Positions 16,230 to 23,805 of a stretch of DNA of 64,000 nucleotides are shown here, piece after piece (the first letter of the stretch is position 1; the number at the start of each line of letters is the position of its first letter). This stretch comes from a virus: the IMG/VR virus record IMGVR_UViG_2617270923_000003, positions 1-64,000 of that record; one strand, 5' to 3'. The notes beneath the pieces are model-generated. The model was not told where the DNA came from, searched no databases, and was given only the letters and a program-made list of their open reading frames with translations. A program made the translations under genes and the position numbers.

Positions 16230-16422
16230 TGTTTGCCAGCAAATCGCTGATGTCTCGCGGTGCGAGGCCGCTTGTGGAGTCGTAGAGCGAGACCACGATC
16301 AGGTAGTATTCCTTGATGGTGAGCCGCCCGGCGTCGTAGAGCTTGGTCCACTTTTCCAAGACCTCCGACATTTTGCGGCCGAGCTCGTCGGCGTAGCTCG
16401 GCCATTCATCCTTCTCGATCAT
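16171..16422 (-). CDS. hypothetical protein (83 aa)
   Basis: ORF downstream of the promoter cassette at 16438-16466. Confidence 0.45.
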   Translation of the reverse strand: MIEKDEWPSYADELGRKMSEVLEKWTKLYDAGRLTIKEYYLIVVSLYDSTSGLAPRDISDLLANIEKEIRDEAARRKAAKAGV

Positions 16423-16437
16423 GCCTACCTCGACGTA

Positions 16438-16466
16438 TTAAGTAAACGCTTACTTAACTTATAGAT
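16438..16466 (-). promoter_or_regulatory. promoter/operator cassette copy (TAAGTAAacgcTTACTTA..TTATAGAT)
   Basis: Upstream of the 16171..16422 gene. Confidence 0.45.
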
Positions 16467-17160
16467 CAAGCGAAGACGGAAGTGCGTGGAAATTCGACCG
16501 GCGACGAATGGCGTCTTCGTATTCCATCAAGAAGAATTCCTTCGCGGCGTAGGCGTCGAGCATCTGAATCTCATAGGGCGCGACGTGCTTGTCGTCGTGC
16601 ATCTTACCGGACTGCCATTCTTCATCAGGATGCTTCGGGACGATCTGCTCGGCCTCGGCTGCGCAAACGGCTTCGTCAGCCATCTTCACTTCTTTGGGCA
16701 GCGGAAAGATCAGGCCGAAGCGATCGGCGAACGCTTTCTCCCAGCTATCTTCCAGCGGCTTGATGACCGGGTGAATGCGCGGGTCGTGCTTGAGCGGGCG
16801 GATCATGTCGCCGGTCACGTATTCGGGACCGTCGTGCAGCAGCGCTTCCAGCTCCAGGTCAGGACGCTTGAGAACGTCGCGGATATAGCGGGCGCAGTAA
16901 ACGGAATGTTCCGCAACCGAGTAGCTGATCCGCGTCTTGAAACGCTTGTGCTGGGTGGCGCCATTCCAGCGATTGTTCGTCGCCAAGTGGTGCGCAACCA
17001 CGTTGATGTTGATCTCCTCTCCACGCGGGTCGAACGGGTAAATCTTCCGGCCGTTCGCGGAGTGCATATACTGACCGCGCACCGGCTGACCGTTAGTGAG
17101 GGCGGGAGCCGGCGTCGGGGTCATGATGTTGGTGTGGTGATGAACGATTGTCATGAACAA
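16459..17160 (-). CDS. HD-domain phosphohydrolase (YfbR/5'-nucleotidase-like)
   Basis: H...HS (VAEHS) and LLHD motifs, spaced as in HD phosphohydrolases. Confidence 0.6.
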   Translation of the reverse strand: MFMTIVHHHTNIMTPTPAPALTNGQPVRGQYMHSANGRKIYPFDPRGEEININVVAHHLATNNRWNGATQHKRFKTRISYSVAEHSVYCARYIRDVLKRPDLELEALLHDGPEYVTGDMIRPLKHDPRIHPVIKPLEDSWEKAFADRFGLIFPLPKEVKMADEAVCAAEAEQIVPKHPDEEWQSGKMHDDKHVAPYEIQMLDAYAAKEFFLMEYEDAIRRRSNFHALPSSLDL

Positions 17161-17172
17161 CCTTTTCAGGTG

Positions 17173-17203
17173 TGAGTAAGTAAGTTCTTACTGATTTTAT
17201 AGC
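17173..17203 (-). promoter_or_regulatory. promoter/operator cassette copy (GAGTAAGTAAgttcTTACTgat..TTTATAGCG)
   Basis: Upstream of the HD phosphohydrolase gene. Confidence 0.45.
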
Positions 17204-17253
17204 GCGCAATGCGACGGAGAACATCACATTGCGCACGGGTTATTCGAGTGGGA

Positions 17254-18822
17254 TCAGCCGTTCGGCTTCAAGCCACGAGCGTCGAACAGCTTCTTGAGGG
17301 TCTTGCGGCAAATATGCAGCTCAGCCTCGATCTGACGGTTCGACTTGCCTTCGGCGTGCAGCACCAGGGCGAGGGTATGCTTTTCGGGCAGTTCCTTCTC
17401 GGCCTTGGCCTTTTCGACGACCTTCTTCGACTTCTCGACCTTCTCAGGCGTCGGCTTGGCAGTTCCCTTGCCGATCTTTGACTCAGGGGAGCTCACAGGC
17501 TCGCTCGGAGCAGTCATTGCAGCGCTGATAGCGGCCGAGAGATCGCCGCTCGCAGCGGCCTTCTGAACGGCCTTGCTCGGCTTCTTCTGACGCGACAGTT
17601 CGACCTCATCCACGCGCTTGCGCAGATCGCGGATCGACACGTCGACCTTCTCCTCGATCACCTCGGGGCGATCATCGAGCGCCTTGGCAACGCCGGAGGT
17701 TCCGACATCGGCACGCGCCATCTTCTTCGCACCTTCGACCGGCGTGACGGTGACGTTTCCACCGTAGGCCGAGCCGATGTTGACGATCTCAAGGATCGAC
17801 GTGTGATTGCCCTTGATCACGTCCGCGAGCAGCTTGGATGCCTTCTCGTGTCCGGTCATCGGCTTGTTGCTGCGCAGCGTCGGGTGAACGTCAGCCGGCA
17901 GGACCGCGACGATGTGATAGCCCTTGGCGCGCATCTTGTTCGGCTCGCCGGGCGGCACAGCGATCACGTCTTCCGGCGCGACCTTGACCAGGGTGATGAT
18001 ATCGCCACTGAAGCCGGAGAGGTAGCCGCGCCGTGCGATATGCAAGCCCGTCGAGCATTCGTTGCGCCGGTTCGGGTCGACCAGCTTCTCGTCCATCTGC
18101 ACGAAGGAGCCGAGCTTCTGCGTCACCTTGCGCGAATGGCAATCGACGAAGCCGTTGGACGTGGACTGCAGCACCTTGTAGGCGACGATCGAGCCGTCAT
18201 CCGCGATCGGCAGGTCGCCCTTGCTCATGAAGTTGAGCAGCTCCTTGATAGTATGCGAGCGGCTGTCGATCACAGAGGCGATGCGCTCCATGAACTTCTG
18301 GAAGCCTGCGGCGTCCTCGCCGTGATTGATCGCATCCATGTAGGGCGTCAGCGCCTCGACACCAGGGATGACCTTGTTGTTGACGACGGCGTGCAGTTCT
18401 TCCGGCTCATATTCGACAGCCGGACCCTTGTCCTGCGGAACGTAGCGCGACGACACCGACGGCTTCGTCAGCTCCATGACCGGCGTGGGAGCCGGCGTCG
18501 GCTTGACGCTGCCCAGAACGACAGTCGTGGTCTTGGGCTCCGGCTCGCTCGGCGTGCCGCCCAGCAATGCCTTGAGCTGGGAGAAGCGGCCGCGCACGAA
18601 CCTCACGACGCCGTTGGTCTTCTCCTCGATAGTCTTCTCGATGGAGAAGGTCGCGAGGTCGATTTCCATGTGCTCGCCGCGCTTGAGAGCTTCGACCGTC
18701 TGATCGAGGATCTCCTTCGTGCGCTTGGTGTCCTTCTTGAGGTTTAGTTCCTCCCCGTTGTCGAGGAAGAGGGTAACGCCGGAATTAGATGCGATGGCGC
18801 TGAGGATCTTTACCTTGCTCAT
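17254..18822 (-). CDS. rIIB: rIIB-like protein with a C-terminal HTH-like segment
   Basis: Lies immediately downstream of the rIIA-like gene with an ATGA overlap. AAGGAGG RBS precedes the MSKVK start at 18822. Size and position match T4 rIIB. The C-terminus (LALVLHAEGKSNRQIEAELHICRKTLKK) resembles a LuxR/sigma-70 region-4 HTH. Confidence 0.55.
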   Translation of the reverse strand: MSKVKILSAIASNSGVTLFLDNGEELNLKKDTKRTKEILDQTVEALKRGEHMEIDLATFSIEKTIEEKTNGVVRFVRGRFSQLKALLGGTPSEPEPKTTTVVLGSVKPTPAPTPVMELTKPSVSSRYVPQDKGPAVEYEPEELHAVVNNKVIPGVEALTPYMDAINHGEDAAGFQKFMERIASVIDSRSHTIKELLNFMSKGDLPIADDGSIVAYKVLQSTSNGFVDCHSRKVTQKLGSFVQMDEKLVDPNRRNECSTGLHIARRGYLSGFSGDIITLVKVAPEDVIAVPPGEPNKMRAKGYHIVAVLPADVHPTLRSNKPMTGHEKASKLLADVIKGNHTSILEIVNIGSAYGGNVTVTPVEGAKKMARADVGTSGVAKALDDRPEVIEEKVDVSIRDLRKRVDEVELSRQKKPSKAVQKAAASGDLSAAISAAMTAPSEPVSSPESKIGKGTAKPTPEKVEKSKKVVEKAKAEKELPEKHTLALVLHAEGKSNRQIEAELHICRKTLKKLFDARGLKPNG

Positions 18823-21191
18823 GCTGCCTCCTTGAGGGCGGTGGTGTTGGTGTTGGCTGCGGACTTCTTGGCGGACTTCTGCTTGGCGCGGCGCTGCAGG
18901 AACTTGATCGTTTCGATCAGATCGTCGGTGAACTGATCGCCCCACTCGGACACCCGCTCATTGAGGAACCAGGCGCCGCAGATCGGATTGAGGTAGCGGA
19001 AGTGATCCTCGGCCTTGGAGATGCTCAGCGGCTTGAAGGTCTTGCCGCACGCCTTCTTGAGGCCGTCCTTAGCCTGGGTGACGATGGTCTTGGTCTCGTC
19101 CGACATGGACTCAGCGCTGGAGAGGAAGTCCCAGATCAGCTTTGCTTCCTGATGCAGCTCGCCGGGATTTGCCCGGTCGGGGAACAGGAGCTTGGCAATC
19201 CGGGGTTCCTTCTTAGCCAGCTTGAGCGCAGCCTCGACGGTCGAGGCGTGATAGGCGCTGCTACCATCGCGGATGAAACGGTCGTGCCGGATGGTCTCGC
19301 CGTAGACGACCTCGCGCTTCTTGGTGAGTTCGACCAGGCGGGCAGCCAAGACCTCGTGCAGGTTGCGGCAGCCGGCCTTCTTGAGCTTCTCCTCCTGGCC
19401 CTTCGTCGTGATGAGCGCGGTCTTCGGATAGAGCTTCATGATCTGGGCGCGGTATGCCTCGTTGAACGGCATCCGGGCGATCTCGTCGCGCTGCCAGGTC
19501 ATCATGTAGAAGGACGGATCCTCGCAGGACGCCGGATGGTCACGGTCGCGGCTCTTGTCGCTGATGTCTTCCAGGATGAAATACTTGTCGGCGCTGGTCT
19601 TGCGCACGGCAGGCTTGCGATTTGCCTTGGCCTCCTCGTAATCGAACAGCTCCAAGCTGATCTTGAAGTGGCCGCACAGTTCCTGCAGACGCTTGAGGTT
19701 CTTCTCGGTCCACTGGCGCATGACCATGCCGGGCACGTAGGTATTCTTGTCGTGGCCGTAGAACTCGCGACCCTTGAGCGCGAGCATCGGGCGCAAGTCG
19801 CGCATGTTGCGGGCAACGCACAGCACCGGATAGACGTGCCCCGAGCGTTCGTATTCGCCGATCCGCTTGGTCTTCGGTCCCGGATAGTCGTGGCGATGCC
19901 TGTAAATGTCGAACAGCATCAGCTCCTTGAGCAGGCCCATCTTCGACGCGATGCGCAGTGCCGCCGTAGAGGTGCGCTTGAAGTGCAGCTCCTTCGCATT
20001 GCCGAAGTTCTGCGGAGCGCGCCGGTAGAACCGGCGATCGTCGCGGAACATCTTCTGGGCGATCTTGTAGAGCTTGCGGCGCGTGTCGATGCCGATCCAA
20101 ACGTGGTGATGACCGTGCGTGGAGACCGCGTGGTCGGCGATCATATCGGGCGTCGACAGGATTCCTGCCGGGTAGTCGCTGCGCGGGCTGATATAGTCGT
20201 CCAACTGCAGACGGCTGCGGCTCTCAACGATCGAGGTGAGCAACCGCATGGTAGCGGGATCCAGCGCCCGCGTGATCGTCTTGATCGCCTTGTTGAGCAG
20301 GCGGTTCAACGTCTCGTCGGTGAGCGGCGAGAACGACAGCGCTTCACGCGACGGCGTGACGCCGATCGAGTTCGGAGGCGGGATCAGCACCAGGATCGAG
20401 TTCGTGCCACAAAGATTGATCGCCTCGACGGCGAGCCGGGTCATGGCGTCGTCAGTGTTGGTCAGCGGATACATGACCGTGCCGTAGAGGACGTAGACGC
20501 GGCCTTCGTTGAGCCCGATGTTCGGGATGACGCCGAACTCGTGCTTACGGGCCTCGGTGAAGTCGAAGCGCTCAAGCGGCACGCCGTTCAAGGTAGCAAG
20601 CATTCCGCCCTGCTTGACGACAGCGCGAATGTGGTTTTCGAACTCGTAGCGGTCCTTGGGCTGCTGGATCGGGATCGTGACCGTCAGACCGGTTTCGGTC
20701 GAAGCGGTGCGGAACATCTCGCGCATTTCCGGCTTGCCGTCGGTCGCGACACCACCACGGGAGATCGCATGGACGGTCTTGAGGCCGTCGTGCTGGTTGA
20801 CGATGGTGAAGTGGTCCGTCACGGCGAAAGGCGCCTTGGATCCGAGGCCGAAGCCGCCCGTCTGGTTCTCGTCCTTGACCTTGGTGGACTTGCCGTAGAT
20901 GCAATAGATCGGGTGCAGCAGCTCCAGCGGAATGCCAGGCCCGAAGTCGCGGATCTTGATCTCGGTTTCAGTGACCGTGATTTCGACCGGAACGTCGGTC
21001 TTGCCGACCATAATGTGTGCATCCCAGGCGTTGCAGATGGTCTCTCGCATCGCCGCGCGCTTCTTGTCGCGGTAAATCTTGTCGGAGAGGAGGGCATAGA
21101 GCTCAGCGGAGTCGTCCATGCCGAAGGCTTTGGCCTCGCCACCGCCGATGACGGCATGTGTGTCGAGTTCTGCGATCGTTGAAACCTGCAT
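18819..21191 (-). CDS. rIIA: rIIA-like protein (N-terminal GHKL/HATPase_c domain)
   Basis: 790 aa. N-terminal Bergerat ATPase motifs (E..NAWDA, DFGPGI, GGFGLGSKAPFAV), as in T4 rIIA. Confidence 0.7.
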   Translation of the reverse strand: MQVSTIAELDTHAVIGGGEAKAFGMDDSAELYALLSDKIYRDKKRAAMRETICNAWDAHIMVGKTDVPVEITVTETEIKIRDFGPGIPLELLHPIYCIYGKSTKVKDENQTGGFGLGSKAPFAVTDHFTIVNQHDGLKTVHAISRGGVATDGKPEMREMFRTASTETGLTVTIPIQQPKDRYEFENHIRAVVKQGGMLATLNGVPLERFDFTEARKHEFGVIPNIGLNEGRVYVLYGTVMYPLTNTDDAMTRLAVEAINLCGTNSILVLIPPPNSIGVTPSREALSFSPLTDETLNRLLNKAIKTITRALDPATMRLLTSIVESRSRLQLDDYISPRSDYPAGILSTPDMIADHAVSTHGHHHVWIGIDTRRKLYKIAQKMFRDDRRFYRRAPQNFGNAKELHFKRTSTAALRIASKMGLLKELMLFDIYRHRHDYPGPKTKRIGEYERSGHVYPVLCVARNMRDLRPMLALKGREFYGHDKNTYVPGMVMRQWTEKNLKRLQELCGHFKISLELFDYEEAKANRKPAVRKTSADKYFILEDISDKSRDRDHPASCEDPSFYMMTWQRDEIARMPFNEAYRAQIMKLYPKTALITTKGQEEKLKKAGCRNLHEVLAARLVELTKKREVVYGETIRHDRFIRDGSSAYHASTVEAALKLAKKEPRIAKLLFPDRANPGELHQEAKLIWDFLSSAESMSDETKTIVTQAKDGLKKACGKTFKPLSISKAEDHFRYLNPICGAWFLNERVSEWGDQFTDDLIETIKFLQRRAKQKSAKKSAANTNTTALKEAA

Positions 21192-21206
21192 TGTCGTCGT
21201 CTCTCC

Positions 21207-21237
21207 TATGTAATTGCTTACTTATCTCGTTATAGCG
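21207..21237 (-). promoter_or_regulatory. promoter/operator cassette copy (TATGTAAttgcTTACTTA...TTATAGCG)
   Basis: Upstream of rIIA and downstream of the tRNA island. Confidence 0.45.
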
Positions 21238-21277
21238 AATGACGCGTTGGAGTGCGTCAGGTGACGAGTGGATAATC

Positions 21278-21354
21278 TGGTTGGGGATTAGAGGAGTCGA
21301 ACCTCAACCTTGTCTGACTCGTCAGCCAGTTGCTCTGCCCTGAGCTAATCCCCA
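21278..21354 (-). tRNA. tRNA-like gene with a normal acceptor stem, D-arm and T-arm (GGTTCGACTCC) and encoded CCA, but an aberrant anticodon arm
   Basis: rc sequence TGGGGAT-TA-GCTC-AGGGCA-GAGC-A-ACTGGCTGACGAGTCAGAC-AAGG-TGAGG-TTCGACT-CCTCT-ATCCCCA-A-CCA. The anticodon region is the palindrome CTGAC-GA-GTCAG, so a 5-bp stem with a 7-nt loop cannot form. Confidence 0.4.
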
Positions 21355-21370
21355 ACATGGACACGATTTG

Positions 21371-21647
21371 ACGAAGGGTGCCTCTTAGTTCCGGGATCGA
21401 ACCGGCACACCCGTTTGTAACTGGCCTCGGACGGAGCAGGGAGCGCTGCTGTGGTCGCGATTGCTCTCGTCTAACCGCGCCGCCGAAGATGCACCAGCGT
21501 CCGATTATGCCTCGTCAATTCGAGGATTATTCCCCTAAGCCGGCCTTGTCGGCACTTGCGTAACTCCAACCCGTAAAGGTCTTGCGGAGAATGCGGGGAT
21601 GCCTGGGCTAAATCTACCTCCCAGGCTGAATCGGAGCACCCTTCGTC
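21371..21647 (-). ncRNA. ~277-nt structured RNA element closed by a 12-bp long-range helix, with a tRNA T-arm-like hairpin (CCGG-TTCGATC-CCGG) near its 3' end
   Basis: 21371-21382 (acgaagggtgc..) is the reverse complement of 21635-21646. Internal perfect hairpins include GCCTGGG/CCCAGGC, CCTCG-AATTGA-CGAGG and GAGCA...TGCTC. The element sits between two tRNA genes. Confidence 0.3.
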
Positions 21648-21654
21648 AAAAAGA

Positions 21655-21727
21655 TGGCCGGGAGGCAAGGAGTCGAACCTCGACCGCTGCCCTCCATAGG
21701 CAGTGCTCTGCCCTAAGCTACCTCCCG
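21655..21727 (-). tRNA. tRNA with anticodon UGG (Pro) and an unusual A33; encoded CCA
   Basis: rc sequence CGGGAGG-TA-GCTT-AGGGCA-GAGC-A-CTGCC-TATGGAG-GGCAG-CGGT-CGAGG-TTCGACT-CCTTG-CCTCCCG-G-CCA. Cloverleaf is clean; the anticodon loop is UAUGGAG. Confidence 0.55.
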
Positions 21728-21980
21728 GTATTTATGGTGGTGATGAGCTCCTATACCCCTCTGGCCGACTGCCAGTGATATCCGCGGTGTCAATCGCGGC
21801 CAGGGCTCCTAAGAGCTCATCACCGAAACGTTTCCCCGTTCATCCGGCCTATCAGATGGCTACTTTCGCAGCGTCCACGATCTACCCAGCGCTAGACTCA
21901 GGCGGTGGCGGGGCTTGCCTTGCGGAGCGGTGTTCAGACTCCACAAGTTCGGCGCACTTCGTTGCCCATTCGGGCGAAAC

Positions 21981-22068
21981 TGGAGATCCGGGTCGGATTC
22001 GAACCGACGAGTCCAAGAAAGGAACGGGATTTGCAGTCCCGCGCGTTCGACCACTTCGCTACCGGATC
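21981..22068 (-). tRNA. type-II (long variable arm) tRNA with anticodon GCA (Cys codons) and U73 discriminator; encoded CCA
   Basis: rc sequence GATCCGG-TA-GCG-AAGTGGTCGAA-CGC-G-CGGGA-CTGCAAA-TCCCG-TTCCTTTCTTGGACTC-GTCGG-TTCGAAT-CCGAC-CCGGATC-T-CCA. It has a 3-bp D-stem with an 11-nt D-loop and a 16-nt variable arm, as in Ser/Leu/Tyr tRNAs. The anticodon is that of Cys. Confidence 0.6.
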
Positions 22069-22298
22069 GGATGGGCTGGGACGCCAGCGACTAGGCACTG
22101 GTCTGGACCGCGGCTCCACCCTACTACCTGGGACGCTAACGCGCGCCAGGCCGTCCCAACTCGTTGAATTAACGTCCCTGGGAGTAGAAAGGACGAAACA
22201 CCTCCCAGGGACTCGCCGGGTCGCTACTCCGGTGAACAGGCGATAGGCGTGGGTTATGACGCCTCGTTTTAAGTCGCCGCTTGCGCGGCTTGATTAGC

Positions 22299-22367
22299 AT
22301 CGGGAGCGTGGAGTCGAACCACGACCGCGGATTTCAAGCCCGCCGCACTGCCCTGTGCTACTCCCGC
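22299..22367 (-). tRNA. short type-I tRNA with anticodon UGA (would read UCA Ser codons), G1-A72 mismatch, no encoded CCA
   Basis: rc sequence GCGGGAG-TA-GCAC-AGGGCA-GTGC-G-GCGGG-CTTGAAA-TCCGC-GGT-CGTGG-TTCGACT-CCACG-CTCCCGA-T. 69 nt with a 3-nt variable loop. Confidence 0.5.
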
Positions 22368-22528
22368 ATATCGACCCTAATCAGTTCTCGCTCTGCTGAT
22401 TACCCGATGCGTTCGGGACCGTCTGGGCAAAGGTGGAGCCCGATGCTGTCGAGGCGGCTTCAATGATCGGCCACACACCGGGCTCCTAGACGCCAACCCG
22501 ACGGCTGTCGGCGTCTATTCGTCAACCC

Positions 22529-23002
22529 TTACAGGCCGAAGCGAACTTCGCGGCCGCGAGGAACGATACCGCCCTGGTGAAAACGACCACCGCGGCCGGC
22601 GATCGCAGCAGCGAGAACGGAAGCGATGCCGGCAGCAGCAGCGAAGGCGTTCTCACCACCGACGTTGTAAGCTTCGTGGCCGCGCTTCAGCAGCGCCTTG
22701 AGATCGTCGTGATCGAGGTCTTCGTCATCGGCGATCGCAGCGAGGTCTTCGCGAAGGCCCTTCAGGAGCTTCTTCTGCGCCTTCACGGCCTTGTAGCGCT
22801 TGTCGATGTCGGCCTGCATGTTCAGGACTTCGCCGATAAGATGGCGCTTTTCGGCGACACGCTCGGCTTCGACGCGTTCGGCTTCGATGCGCGCGGCTTC
22901 TGCGGCAGCTTCTTCGCGTTCCTGCTTGATCGAGTTGAGCGTCGGGTCGATCTTGACGACGGTTGCGACAGCGGTATCAGCGGCCTGATTTTCGTAGGTC
23001 AT
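22529..23002 (-). CDS. hypothetical coiled-coil protein (~157 aa from MTYENQ)
   Basis: ATG at 23002 with AAGGAAC RBS. Central Glu/Ala/Arg-rich coiled coil; Gly/Ala-rich C-terminus. Confidence 0.5.
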   Translation of the reverse strand: MTYENQAADTAVATVVKIDPTLNSIKQEREEAAAEAARIEAERVEAERVAEKRHLIGEVLNMQADIDKRYKAVKAQKKLLKGLREDLAAIADDEDLDHDDLKALLKRGHEAYNVGGENAFAAAAGIASVLAAAIAGRGGRFHQGGIVPRGREVRFGL

Positions 23003-23128
23003 GGGTAGTTCCTTTCGGTTGCGGATCAGATCAAATTCAGCGTCAAGCACCCGACAAAGATGATGGAGGCAGCGCAGACGAGGTGTGCGAAACTAATGCT
23101 CATCTGCGCTGTCTTTCGTTCGTTGTCA

Positions 23129-23160
23129 GTATGTGCTTACTTACATTTCTACTTATAGCG
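23129..23160 (-). promoter_or_regulatory. promoter/operator cassette copy (ATGTGCTTACTTACAT...CTTATAGCG)
   Basis: Upstream of the 22529..23002 gene and a possible 25-aa hydrophobic micro-ORF. Confidence 0.4.
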
Positions 23161-23260
23161 ATGCGCTCATCGGAGCGCATCAGGTTGTGAGCGGAAAGTC
23201 GTTGCAAAGATAGAAAACAATAATATCGTAGACCGCATTCAGTAATTTTCGGGGGAAATC

Positions 23261-23794
23261 ATGGGCTGGATTAACGAGCGCTACTGCCGGTCAGGGAGCC
23301 CCCTGCCGCATCTCTTGATAGAGGATGTTGATCACTCCCAAGGTTGCAATAATGGTGGGCTTGAATATTTTTCGCGAAACGGATCATCGTGGCCGTATAC
23401 AGTCGCCCACGGTATCGTTGATGTAACTGATGTTTCGACAAAATATTACAAGACAACTATTGTTGGTGAGAGGGAGCGAAAAGTCATCTCTTGCACGAAG
23501 AACTCACAGGGGAATCTTGTTAATATTCGGCGGATTTGGGCTTACGGCGATACCAACTACGTTCCAGCAAACTACGACAATCCTTGGGATGTGATGCTCA
23601 TCCAGCTTCATCGAAATTCAACCTATCGGAATCTGTATAATCTTCACGCTCGCCAAATTTTGGTTGAGATCAGAAAGCCCAACGGCCGATACGAAAACCG
23701 GGTGCTTGGTCCGAAGTCGCGTTGGGGCGAGTCAATCCCATTTCCGCCCGGCTGGGAAATAACCCACGCGGAATGGGGCGCGCCGGGAACCTGA
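23261..23794 (+). CDS. hypothetical protein on the opposite strand in a low-GC island (moron-like, 177 aa)
   Basis: Plus-strand ORF with GGGGGAAATC RBS. The local GC content is much lower than the surrounding ~60% GC. It converges on the kinase gene. No family was recognised. Confidence 0.5.
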   Translation: MGWINERYCRSGSPLPHLLIEDVDHSQGCNNGGLEYFSRNGSSWPYTVAHGIVDVTDVSTKYYKTTIVGERERKVISCTKNSQGNLVNIRRIWAYGDTNYVPANYDNPWDVMLIQLHRNSTYRNLYNLHARQILVEIRKPNGRYENRVLGPKSRWGESIPFPPGWEITHAEWGAPGT

Positions 23795-23805
23795 CGCGCC
23801 CTGCC

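Noticed and set aside
19002-21182. 726-aa plus-strand ORF
   Set aside because: It is antisense to the rIIA-like gene. Its composition is typical of a GC-rich shadow ORF.
21371-21647. Possibility that the structured element is a (two-piece) tmRNA
   Set aside because: There is no tag-peptide reading frame ending in Ala-Ala-stop and no CCA after the T-arm. The closing helix is 12 bp rather than a 7-bp acceptor stem.
21371-21647. Possibility of a group I intron inside a tRNA
   Set aside because: I could not find convincing P/Q/R/S core elements or the exon halves of a tRNA by eye. I left it as an open finding rather than a call.
21703-22167. 154-aa plus-strand ORF (and overlapping minus ORFs 21860..22054, 21934..22119)
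   Set aside because: It runs through two tRNA genes and structured noncoding RNA, with no RBS.
23027-23103. 25-aa hydrophobic micro-ORF (MSISFAHLVCAASIIFVGCLTLNLI)
   Set aside because: The RBS is weak, and it overlaps the longer GTG-initiated frame of the next gene. The evidence is too thin to call.
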